A DNA stretch of 64,000 nt from Candidatus Latescibacterota bacterium (GTDB lineage Bacteria > Latescibacterota > UBA2968 > GCA-2709665), in the NCBI GenBank assembly GCA_965208835.1, contig OZ242358.1, positions 1,760,001-1,824,000 of the forward strand, written 5' to 3'. Shown piece after piece: positions 55,883 through 64,000 of this stretch (its first letter is position 1; each line of letters starts with the position of its first letter). The position numbers were made by a program, and so were the translations under genes. The notes beneath the pieces were generated by a model, which searched no databases, was not told where the DNA came from, and saw only the letters and a list, made by a program, of their open reading frames with translations.

Positions 55883-57859
55883 ATGAAAAATACCCGCGCG
55901 ATCATTTTCGATCTGGATGGTACGCTCTTCGACCTGGATCCGCTGGTTCAGGCCGCCCGTAAACGGGTCGCGCGGCATCTGTACGTCAATGGATTCTTCG
56001 CCTCCGAATCCTATGCTCTCAGCCGGATCAACGACCTGGAGCTTCGGCACGGTCCGTATTATTCTTCCTCTCCGTACTATTTCGCATTCTACGATATCGC
56101 AAAGGCCCTCCAGCGCGACAAGCCCGACCGACTCGCCGACTATATCAACAGACAGCGCCCCAATCATCGAAGCCTGGAAGACGCCGATTCAATCGAAGCC
56201 TTTGTGGCCGAGCTCGAATACGTCTACAACAGCGAAGCCGTTGAAGACGTCAGGCTATTTCCAGGCGCGGTGCAGACCCTGCAGGAACTTCGCGACGCGG
56301 GATGCCTGCTCTTTCTCGTGACATTCGGAAGAACGCTTCGGCAGAAAAACAAGATCGACCTTCTGAATATCGCGCCGTTTTTCCACACAATTGTCAACGA
56401 AGGCCCGCCTTCTCACGACTACTGGTTCGCCGAACTCATCAAGGCCCACAAACTCTCTCCCGAGGAGGTTGTCTGTGTAGGCGACCGGGCCCAGGATGAG
56501 ATTCGGGCGGGCAACCGCCTCGGATGCACGACGGTCTGGATGCGCCGCGGGAGATACGCGGAGGAGGAACCCGGAGAGGGCGACCGTCCAACCCATCAGA
56601 TCCGCCTCCTCCCTCAGTTGTCGACCCTGGTCCACCTGGCCCGCATGGATAAGGACCGGCGACGGCTGAAAGTGGCCGCGCTGGGCGGCGGCACCGGGCT
56701 TCCCATCGTATTGCGGGGAATTCAGACCTATACCGACAGCCCTACGGCTGTGGTGGCGGTGACGGACACCGGGGCTTCCTCGGGACGCATCCGCTGGAAT
56801 CTGGGCGTGCAGCCGCCCGGCGATATCCGCAACGCGCTGACCGCGCTGGCCGATCGACGTCGGGTCTCTTCCGGTCTGATCCGGGTATTCCAGCACCGGT
56901 TTCCGAACAGCGAACAGGAGGCGGGTATCTTCCGAAACGACAATATCGGAAACTTCCTGATCGCCGCGCTGACCCAGCAACTCGGCGACTTTCAAAAAGC
57001 CATCCAGACAGCCGGTGATATGCTGCGCATACGCGGAGAGGTCTATCCGGCTACCAACCAGAACGTGGACATCTGCGCCGAACTCGAGAACGGCGAACAG
57101 CGGTATACCGAGTGGATGGTGCGTAAAACCGGCAAGTCGCCCTTAAAGCAGGCGTACCTCGTCGCCAACAGCGACATCCTTCGTGAGCTGGAACAACCGG
57201 AGGGCGCGCTGTACCGTGAGGACGATTCACGAACGGGCCAGGTCGAGGTTCACGCCATGCCCGGAAGCGAGTTTCGCCCGGCCAGGAACGAAGCCCGCGC
57301 GCCGCGCGGGGCCCTTCGGGCCATCGCCGACGCGGACATCGTGGTTCTCGGTCCGGGCAGCCTCTTCACCAGCGTGATAACGAATCTGCTCGTGCCCGAC
57401 GTCCGGCGCGCGCTGTCAGGCCGCAACCACGGCAAGGTATTCTACATCTGCAATATTGTGACCCAGCCGGGGCAGACAGACGGGTTTCCGGCATCCGGTC
57501 ACCTGGGCGCTATCCTTCGGCACTTCCCTGAAAGAGACCGTGGATTCCTGGATCACATGCTTGTTCAGGATCCGGAAGCATTCCACAGGCCCGGTGGACG
57601 AAATTGGCGGCAGGTGCTGAATGCCTACCTGCGGGATGGCAAGGAACCGGTAACGTGCGATGCGGAAGCGATCCGCCCTCATGTGGCCTGTACGGTTACG
57701 GATCTTCTGGAGGACTACACGTCGGAGGTGAAGAGCCGCAGCGCGGGAGACTTTATCAGCCACAACCCCGACAGGGTGGCCGACGCTGTCTGCCGGATCT
57801 ACTGCGGTCTGGAAGTTCCTGACTACGGGGAGCAGGACAATGGATCGGCGCCGGATTGA
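55883..57859 (+). CDS. HAD hydrolase fused to a YvcK/GlmR (UPF0052, CofD-like) domain
   Basis: N-terminal FDLDGTL...VGD...EI.AG..LG; C-terminal GGGTGL, PPGDIRN.L, GNF, GPGSLFTS, NIVTQPGQTDG, HNPD. Confidence 0.88.
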   Translation: MKNTRAIIFDLDGTLFDLDPLVQAARKRVARHLYVNGFFASESYALSRINDLELRHGPYYSSSPYYFAFYDIAKALQRDKPDRLADYINRQRPNHRSLEDADSIEAFVAELEYVYNSEAVEDVRLFPGAVQTLQELRDAGCLLFLVTFGRTLRQKNKIDLLNIAPFFHTIVNEGPPSHDYWFAELIKAHKLSPEEVVCVGDRAQDEIRAGNRLGCTTVWMRRGRYAEEEPGEGDRPTHQIRLLPQLSTLVHLARMDKDRRRLKVAALGGGTGLPIVLRGIQTYTDSPTAVVAVTDTGASSGRIRWNLGVQPPGDIRNALTALADRRRVSSGLIRVFQHRFPNSEQEAGIFRNDNIGNFLIAALTQQLGDFQKAIQTAGDMLRIRGEVYPATNQNVDICAELENGEQRYTEWMVRKTGKSPLKQAYLVANSDILRELEQPEGALYREDDSRTGQVEVHAMPGSEFRPARNEARAPRGALRAIADADIVVLGPGSLFTSVITNLLVPDVRRALSGRNHGKVFYICNIVTQPGQTDGFPASGHLGAILRHFPERDRGFLDHMLVQDPEAFHRPGGRNWRQVLNAYLRDGKEPVTCDAEAIRPHVACTVTDLLEDYTSEVKSRSAGDFISHNPDRVADAVCRIYCGLEVPDYGEQDNGSAPD

Positions 57860-58532
57860 GGCCGTCATCTTCGACCTGGACGATACCCTGTTCGATTGCA
57901 CCGGGCAGTTGACCGAGCCTGCGCGCCGCCGGGCGGCTGAAACGCTCGCCACGGCCATTCCGGATTCTGACGCGTCGGCCCTGCACAGCATCCAGGCGAG
58001 ACTCGCCGGCCAATTGAGTTCCACGGACGCCATCCGCGAAATCGCCCGCCGTCACGATTTGTCGTCGGATGACGTGGAAAGCGCGCTTACGGCCTACAAT
58101 CGGGACCATGTCGAAGACATCACGCCCTTTCCGGACACGCTTTCTACGCTGAACGAGCTTGCGGCCAGGAAATACGGGCTTTGCCTCGTGACCACCGGTC
58201 GCCCGGAGAGGCAGCGACGGAAGGTAGACCGCCTGGGTCTCTGCAGCCATTTCAGCGAGGCGTCGGGCACGCTTGTCTTCCACGACGACAGGGAATACCC
58301 TGAAAAAGACGAGGCGCTTCAACGGGCGGCCCTGCGCTTCAACCTTGCACCCTGCCGGATCCTGTCGGTGGGGGACAAGCTGAACTCGGAAATTGCCGCG
58401 TCGAAACGCCTGGGCATGCGCACGGCGCGCCTGTGTTTCGGCAGACAAAAAAACCAGCACCCTCGAACCCCCGAGGAACGCCCGGACCACGAACTGAATC
58501 GCCTGAAGGACCTGCTGGAACTGCTGCCCTGA
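57840..58532 (+). CDS. HAD-superfamily hydrolase
   Basis: FDLDDTL, VTTG, SVGDK..SEI.A...LG; overlaps the upstream stop by 20 nt. Confidence 0.88.
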   Translation: MDRRRIEAVIFDLDDTLFDCTGQLTEPARRRAAETLATAIPDSDASALHSIQARLAGQLSSTDAIREIARRHDLSSDDVESALTAYNRDHVEDITPFPDTLSTLNELAARKYGLCLVTTGRPERQRRKVDRLGLCSHFSEASGTLVFHDDREYPEKDEALQRAALRFNLAPCRILSVGDKLNSEIAASKRLGMRTARLCFGRQKNQHPRTPEERPDHELNRLKDLLELLP

Positions 58533-58545
58533 GATGCCCGCGCGA

Positions 58546-59331
58546 TTACGCGTACTCCGGTCCGAAATCCACGGTTATCCGATCACCCCGTTTCAATCCC
58601 AGGTTCCGCGCGGCATTCCCTCCGTTGATCGCAATCTCAAGCGCATTATCGCTTCCGTACAGGGCCAATGCCCTGCCTTCCGGAACGTCGGCGTAAGTGC
58701 GGCAGATCCTGTCGAACTTGAACTCTCCTGCCTGTACGCGGACATCTTCGTACCCCAGGCGCCGTTTTCCAAGATTGCTGATCGCATTCCCGAAACGATC
58801 CACGTGTACGATCCTCCCGACAACCGAGTTATCGCATTCCTGAACCGTCCAGAGGTTGAGGCGGACCGGATCGGCGACCGGCGGCCCCAGTTCGGCCGGC
58901 GGGACGCCGTTGCAGAGATGAGCCGCGACGGGACCGAAGACATCCCGGCCGTGAAAGGTGGGGCTCACCTCAGACCTGAAATACCCCGCATTGCGTATTT
59001 CAACGGCGGTCCAGGTCGATTCCCGCTGGAACACCGCACTGAACAGGCCGTTGTCCGGACCGACAAACCGATGGTCCGCCGTTTCAACCTCAATTGCGCG
59101 GCGGGCGCTTCCCACGCCCGGATCCACGACCGCGAGATGGACCGTACCCGCAGGAAAATAGCGGTACGCGCGGGAGAGGATATAAGCCCCGGAGGCCACG
59201 TCCTGCGGCGGGACCTGATGGGAAACGTCCACGAGCGAGACATCGGGTGCAATCGCGAGAATCGCGCCCTTCATCGCGGCCACGTACCCGTCGCGAAGCC
59301 CGAAATCCGTTGTCAACGTGATCACACCCAA
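58546..59331 (-). CDS. SAM hydroxide adenosyltransferase (DUF62 family)
   Basis: ITLTTDFG, VVDPGVGSARR, GPDNG, TFHGRD, DRFGN, LEIA.N.G; TTG start after GGAGG. Confidence 0.9.
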   Translation of the reverse strand: MGVITLTTDFGLRDGYVAAMKGAILAIAPDVSLVDVSHQVPPQDVASGAYILSRAYRYFPAGTVHLAVVDPGVGSARRAIEVETADHRFVGPDNGLFSAVFQRESTWTAVEIRNAGYFRSEVSPTFHGRDVFGPVAAHLCNGVPPAELGPPVADPVRLNLWTVQECDNSVVGRIVHVDRFGNAISNLGKRRLGYEDVRVQAGEFKFDRICRTYADVPEGRALALYGSDNALEIAINGGNAARNLGLKRGDRITVDFGPEYA

Positions 59332-59372
59332 AACACACCTCCACACCTCACCCCCGGCCGCCCGACCACCGG

Positions 59373-59571
59373 GTGAGACGTAAGACGGAAGAGGGCAGAG
59401 AACCACACCTAGCCCCACCACCTGGTGAGAGGGGAGCCGGGAGACGGGAGAGATTACCTGCCTTGTGAGGATTCTTCTCGTGCCGAAGGCAATGAGGAAA
59501 GACATACCGGGCAAGGATTTCTTCTCCCGTCTCACCTCTACCGTCTCCCCGCTTTTGGTCTACCCTCTACC
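59373..59571. repeat. Inverted arrays of degenerate heptamers (GNNAGAS ... STCTNNC)
   Basis: gtgagac-gtaagac-ggaagag-ggcagag and gtgagag-gggagcc-gggagac-gggagag, facing ttctccc-gtctcac-ctctacc-gtctccc and gtctacc-ctctacc. Confidence 0.65.
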
Positions 59572-59763
59572 CGCATTCAGGCTTTTTTGATTGAGGCTAA
59601 GTGCCGATATCCACAATATAACGCATGTCCGGCTGTCACGTGAAACAGGATTCAAGCCCGTCCCGCGAGACGGAACGGACGTCCACCTGCCCGCGTGGCT
59701 TGAGAGCGCGTGCGGGCAAGGCATGACGCCGGGCTCCCGACTGGCAGTTCCTTATCCCTGTTC

Positions 59764-60453
59764 TCAGAACAGGTCCGCTTCCTTCATGCTCAGGAACCGC
59801 TCGGCGCCAAGAATGATGTGGTCCAGTACTTCGATCCCCATGATTTCACCGGCCTGCACCATCCGGCGCGTCAGTTCAATGTCCTCCCGGCTTGGTGTCA
59901 CGTCCCCGGAAGGGTGATTGTGCGCGAGGATGACGCTGGCCGCGGATGTGCCTACGGCGGGGAAGAATACCTCTCGAGGATGGACCAGCGACGCGTTCAG
60001 CGACCCCACCGACACCTCCTCCCTGCAGATGACCTGATTCCGCGCATTCAGAAAGACCGCCACGAAATGTTCTCTTCGCCGATCCTTGAATTCCGCCAGC
60101 AGCCCGACCGCGTCGGCAGGTTTCGTTATGGACGGCTCAATGCCCATGCCCTGGTTCAGCGCCCGTCTGGACAGCTCGAACCCGGAGACGAGGCCCGCGG
60201 CCTTCGCCCGCCCGATACCCTTGATTGCCGTCAGTTCCGCCAGTCCCATCGTCAGGAGCACCTGCGGCGAATACTGTTTCAGGATCTCCCCGGCGACCTC
60301 CAGCACATTCTTGCCTTCATAACCGGTCCGCAGCAGCACCGCCAGCAATTCCTCGTTTCTCAGCGCTTCGGCGCCGAGTCGTTCCAGTTTCTCCCGCGGC
60401 AGATCCACGTCGGCGACGCCGTCGATTCCGCGGCCTCGTGCCTGTACATCCAT
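59764..60453 (-). CDS. radC: RadC (JAB/MPN domain) protein, full-length type
   Basis: PREKL...GAEAL...ELLA, KGIG.AKA, VHPREVF, HNHPSGD..PS.ED, LDHII. Confidence 0.95.
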   Translation of the reverse strand: MDVQARGRGIDGVADVDLPREKLERLGAEALRNEELLAVLLRTGYEGKNVLEVAGEILKQYSPQVLLTMGLAELTAIKGIGRAKAAGLVSGFELSRRALNQGMGIEPSITKPADAVGLLAEFKDRRREHFVAVFLNARNQVICREEVSVGSLNASLVHPREVFFPAVGTSAASVILAHNHPSGDVTPSREDIELTRRMVQAGEIMGIEVLDHIILGAERFLSMKEADLF

Positions 60454-60827
60454 ATTGTCGCTATCCTTCCGCCTGTGCGCGTGGAGACGCCCGCTTACTG
60501 AAACGTTCGCCCCGGATGCAGACGTCAACCGTAACACGAACTGTTGGTCCGCGTGCTGTGACAACAAAGCAAACTGCGTTCCGGTAGAGCGACAAACGTC
60601 GATTCCCGTACAAACCGGGGCGCCAGGCGGCAACGCCGCTCCGATTTGCCGGCGCGTGTCATACATTCTGTTCAATGCTTCCGATTCGAAACGAAAGATT
60701 CGTCCATACGAGCGATGAATGCGAGAAACAGGTATTCGCGGAACAATACCTGAGAACGCGACCGTTTTACGTTATATTAAGGACCGCGCACTCTTCGATT
60801 GAAATCGAACAACCCGGGAGTGAAACA

Positions 60828-61931
60828 ATGGATACAGCACAGGCGGTGAGCCTGTTCGAGAAGAACTGGTTCCTGCGCCACGAAGAGAAACTGGAACTCA
60901 CGACCGTGGAGCAGCAGTTCATCGCGGCATCGATGGGGCCGGCGCCAAAGCGATGGGAAGGAAAGCCCGAGATCGAGCGGATGTCGGAGATCCTTGCCGC
61001 GGAGCCTCGCGTTCTGGAGCGCATTGGCGCCCGGTTGCTTCAGGTGCTGATCGGAATGAGGGGTTGCGGCCCCGCGGTTGCGTACCTCCTCGAACGCGAA
61101 GCGCCCCTCGAGATCGACACTTCGTCCTACAATGTGCTGCACGAGGCGGCGTGGGGAGGGATGGTCGATACGCTGCGGGCGGTCTTCGAGTCGGGCGCGG
61201 CAGACGCGACGTGCGTATCGATTAAAAAACCGCACGTGGGGTGGCCCGACAACCTCTCGCTGATGTACTGGGCGGCCGCCGGGTGGTATCCGGACTGCGC
61301 CCGCCTCTTCATTCAGTACGGCGCCGGCGTTCACCATGAACTTCCAATAAAGGGAAACGGCGAACGGGGAACGACGTCACTTCAGGAGGCGGTCGCGTCG
61401 AGTCCCGGGGGGAAGGACGGATCGTGGCAGGAACGCGGGTTGGCGGTCGCGCGGATCCTCATCGAGGACGGAGCATACTACGACGTGTACTCGGCGTGCG
61501 CCCTCGACGACACCTCGCGACTGAATGAACTCATTGAACGGGACCCGGACGTCGCAAACACCTCCGATGGCTATGGCATGACGCCGCTGCATTGGGCCGC
61601 GCGTGCCGGGTCGAAGGCGTGTACGGAGATATTGCTGGCCTGCAGCGTCCGGGTCGACGCGTTGAACAAGGCGAGACGAACGCCGCTGCAGCTGGCAGCC
61701 GAGCGCGACCGGGCGGGGATGATACGGCTGCTCGCGGAGCGCGGGGCCGACCTGAACACGCAGGACCGGAAGGGGCGCACGCCGCTCCATCGCGCGATGT
61801 ACGAGGGCCGCGTCGCCGCTGCCGAAGCCTTGCTCGACGCCGGCGCCGATCCGACGGTTCTCAACAAGAGCGGAAAGAATCCGTTTCAGATTGCCAGGAA
61901 GGAAGCGAAGAGATACAAAGAGCGGGCATGA
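60828..61931 (+). CDS. Ankyrin-repeat protein
   Basis: GMTPLHWAA, RTPLQLAA, GRTPLHRA..GAD repeats. Confidence 0.9.
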   Translation: MDTAQAVSLFEKNWFLRHEEKLELTTVEQQFIAASMGPAPKRWEGKPEIERMSEILAAEPRVLERIGARLLQVLIGMRGCGPAVAYLLEREAPLEIDTSSYNVLHEAAWGGMVDTLRAVFESGAADATCVSIKKPHVGWPDNLSLMYWAAAGWYPDCARLFIQYGAGVHHELPIKGNGERGTTSLQEAVASSPGGKDGSWQERGLAVARILIEDGAYYDVYSACALDDTSRLNELIERDPDVANTSDGYGMTPLHWAARAGSKACTEILLACSVRVDALNKARRTPLQLAAERDRAGMIRLLAERGADLNTQDRKGRTPLHRAMYEGRVAAAEALLDAGADPTVLNKSGKNPFQIARKEAKRYKERA

Positions 61932-61986
61932 TCCGGGCCCGCCGTTGTCAACGTTTGAGTGAATTACGGGATGCATGGTTCAATGG

Positions 61987-63234
61987 TCATCCCGCCTGAT
62001 CCCTGAAGACCGCGCTCGCCCCGGACAGCAGGTTTTCAACCCGTTCGCCGGCCTTTATCACGCCTCGAACCCGTCTCAGACGGGACACGTCCTCAAGGGG
62101 GTTTCCGTCCACGGCGATCACGTCGGCCAGATAGCCCGGCGCGAGGCGTCCCAGTCGATCCGCCACACCCAACATGCCCGCGGTATTCGTCGTCACCGCC
62201 CTGATCGCGTCGGCGTTTGAGACGCCCAGGTCCGCGAGCGCTCTGGCCTCCCGCCATAGCGTCGCATGCGTGCTGTCCGTTCCGAGGCAGACCTTCACCC
62301 CAGCGCGAACGGCGTCGGGCAGGTGGCGCGCCGTGCGTTCCCTGGCTCGCTCCACGCGCCTCCGCCACCAGTCCATGCGCCAGGTTTCGAAGGACTCGAA
62401 TCCAACCTCCCGGTCAAAGAACAGCTGAAGGTTGGGGTCGCTCAGGTACGCGCCGGACCTGACGAACAGGTCCACGTCTTCGGGCTTCAGCAGATTGGCG
62501 TGCTCGATGCTGTCGATCCCTGCCTCCATTGCCCACCGCATCGCCGGACCGCCGATCGCGTGCGCGGCGACCGGAACGCCCAGGTCGTGCGAGACGCCGA
62601 TGGCCGCCTCGATCTCCTCCCTCGAATAGGCCGCAACATCCGTCAAATCTCCGCGGAGGTAGTCCTCGAAGGTATCGCCGTCTCTCACGTTGGTAATGAA
62701 CAGCTTCGTCCAGTCCGCGCCGTGCGAGACATTCTCCCGTATCCGGGCTTCCAGTTCCGCTGCGCCGTCGGCCGGAAATGACAGAAAAGGCGCTGTCCCA
62801 TGACCAGGGCGCAGCGCCCGAACACACACCTTGAGGCGGGGACCCGCCGCCTCTTTTCGATCGATCGCCTCCTGGAACGGCTTTTCGATGCCCTCGCGGT
62901 CTCCAAGCGTCCGCATTGTGGTGACACCGGTTGCGAGATCGCTCCGCAGGTTCATCGCCCCCCGAAGGACCGCGGTTGCGGTATCCAGTTCGAAATGGAC
63001 GTTGAGCGGTACCCGGAAACGGTTGTTGGCCGTAATGTGGGCGTGGCCGTCGATCAGGGCGGGCATCACCGTCCAGGAAGACCAGTCCAGCGTCTCCCAG
63101 GCCGGATCCACGTTCAGGGCCGCCGGCGGGCCCGCCCCCAGCACCCGCTCGCCATCGATGATGACAATCCCGCCGGAAATCGGTGGCTCGCCGGGATCGG
63201 CGATAAGCAGCTTCGATTTGATCAGGGTCGGCAT
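61987..63234 (-). CDS. Amidohydrolase-family metallohydrolase (prolidase-like subgroup)
   Basis: PALIDGHAH, GVTTMR, VAAHA, SIEHA, GTDS, G.LAPG..AD.IAVDGNP. Confidence 0.9.
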   Translation of the reverse strand: MPTLIKSKLLIADPGEPPISGGIVIIDGERVLGAGPPAALNVDPAWETLDWSSWTVMPALIDGHAHITANNRFRVPLNVHFELDTATAVLRGAMNLRSDLATGVTTMRTLGDREGIEKPFQEAIDRKEAAGPRLKVCVRALRPGHGTAPFLSFPADGAAELEARIRENVSHGADWTKLFITNVRDGDTFEDYLRGDLTDVAAYSREEIEAAIGVSHDLGVPVAAHAIGGPAMRWAMEAGIDSIEHANLLKPEDVDLFVRSGAYLSDPNLQLFFDREVGFESFETWRMDWWRRRVERARERTARHLPDAVRAGVKVCLGTDSTHATLWREARALADLGVSNADAIRAVTTNTAGMLGVADRLGRLAPGYLADVIAVDGNPLEDVSRLRRVRGVIKAGERVENLLSGASAVFRDQAG

Positions 63235-63273
63235 GGGCGTGCGGTGAGTTCTTCCCGACGGCGACGTCCGGCG

Positions 63274-63999
63274 TCAGACACGGACCAGTTTGCGGAAGCT
63301 GCGCATTTCCCTGGGGGGATCCATCTGCGAGCCGAATGCGCTCCAGGACACTTCTCCGACATAGATGTCCCCGCGTGAATCCACCGCCATTCCATGCGGC
63401 GCCGTGAACTGCCCCGGGCCCTCGCCGGCCCGGGGGTCTCCCAGCCGGGCGAGGCGTTCGCCATTCAGGTCGTGAATGCTCACGCACGAGCCCACGTTGG
63501 GATAGGTCTCGTTGACCTCGAGTTGCGTGGGAAGCTGTCCGATGTAGACGAGGTCGCCGTCGATGTGAAGGCCGCAGGGGCGGTGGAGATTGTTCCACTG
63601 CGTAAGATAGTTGCCTTCCTGGTCGAATACCTGCACACGGTGGTTCTCCCGGTCGGCGATGTAGACCGAGCCACGTCTGTCCGTACAGACGCTGTGTACC
63701 AGGTTGAACTGTCCCGGGTCCGTACCGTAGTCTCCCCAGGAGAAAAGGTGTTCGCCGTTCGATGAGAACCTGTGAACCCGTGCGTTGCCGTAACCGTCCG
63801 AGATGAAGAGATCTCCCGTCGCCGGATCGAATGCCACTTTCGTGGGCTGGTTGAACGGCTGCCCGCTCTGTGCCGGGGCGCCCTCGCCGGGGGCGCCGAT
63901 GACCATCAACACCTCGCCGTCGAGCGTGCACTTGCGGACACAGTGTCCCTGGTCGTCCACGCAATACAGCATTCCGTCGGGGCCCATGGTCAACCCGTG
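63274..63999 (-). CDS. NHL-repeat protein (PAL-like), 5'-truncated by window edge
   Basis: FNQPT, SDGYGNARVH, GQFNLVH, YIADRENHRVQVF, F.APHG.AVDSRGDIYVGEV; frame open to the window end. Confidence 0.9.
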   Translation of the reverse strand, partial: HGLTMGPDGMLYCVDDQGHCVRKCTLDGEVLMVIGAPGEGAPAQSGQPFNQPTKVAFDPATGDLFISDGYGNARVHRFSSNGEHLFSWGDYGTDPGQFNLVHSVCTDRRGSVYIADRENHRVQVFDQEGNYLTQWNNLHRPCGLHIDGDLVYIGQLPTQLEVNETYPNVGSCVSIHDLNGERLARLGDPRAGEGPGQFTAPHGMAVDSRGDIYVGEVSWSAFGSQMDPPREMRSFRKLVRV

Positions 64000-64000
64000 G

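Noticed and set aside
58546-59331. DUF62 gene as a SAM-dependent chlorinase or fluorinase
   Set aside because: It has the Asp-Arg-His triad context (VVDPGVGSARR, TFHGRD) of hydroxide adenosyltransferases; the halogenases SalL and FlA lack this His.
59764-60453. radC as a marker of a mobile element
   Set aside because: It is the full-length form with the N-terminal HhH region, has host-like composition and no mobility genes nearby.

Overview
GC-rich bacterial chromosomal window with about 50 mostly intact genes. The EF-hand-like/propeller, ankyrin, TPR, NHL, PhyH and DUF4143 content suggests an FCB-group (Latescibacterota/Gemmatimonadota-like) host-associated bacterium; this is inference only. 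Core functions include an ABC-F ATPase, mdh, pfk-gap-pgk-tpiA-secG-tRNA-Leu(GAG), comF and radC. There are also many catabolic enzymes, a TetR-controlled RND pump and a COG3014/LpoB lipoprotein operon. No CRISPR array, rRNA, integrase or transposase was seen. Best leads: (1) A BlaI + M56 sensor (DUF4837-like ectodomain) unit whose ATTAA-N4-TTAAT box recurs upstream of a TlpA-like gene. That gene has an in-frame UGA followed by a SECIS-like hairpin, so it is a candidate selenoprotein with Sec outside the CxxC motif; tonB follows. (2) A 68-aa protein ending in an acidic RLxxLGYL tail paired with a stand-alone sulfotransferase, a candidate protein/peptide sulfation system. (3) An AT-rich pentapeptide-FRG gene bracketed by a 155-bp direct repeat made of two convergent gene ends. 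(4) A HAD-YvcK fusion plus a HAD paralogue. (5) MITE-like elements inserted just upstream of gene starts. All calls come from reading the sequence and motifs by eye; no database searches were run.
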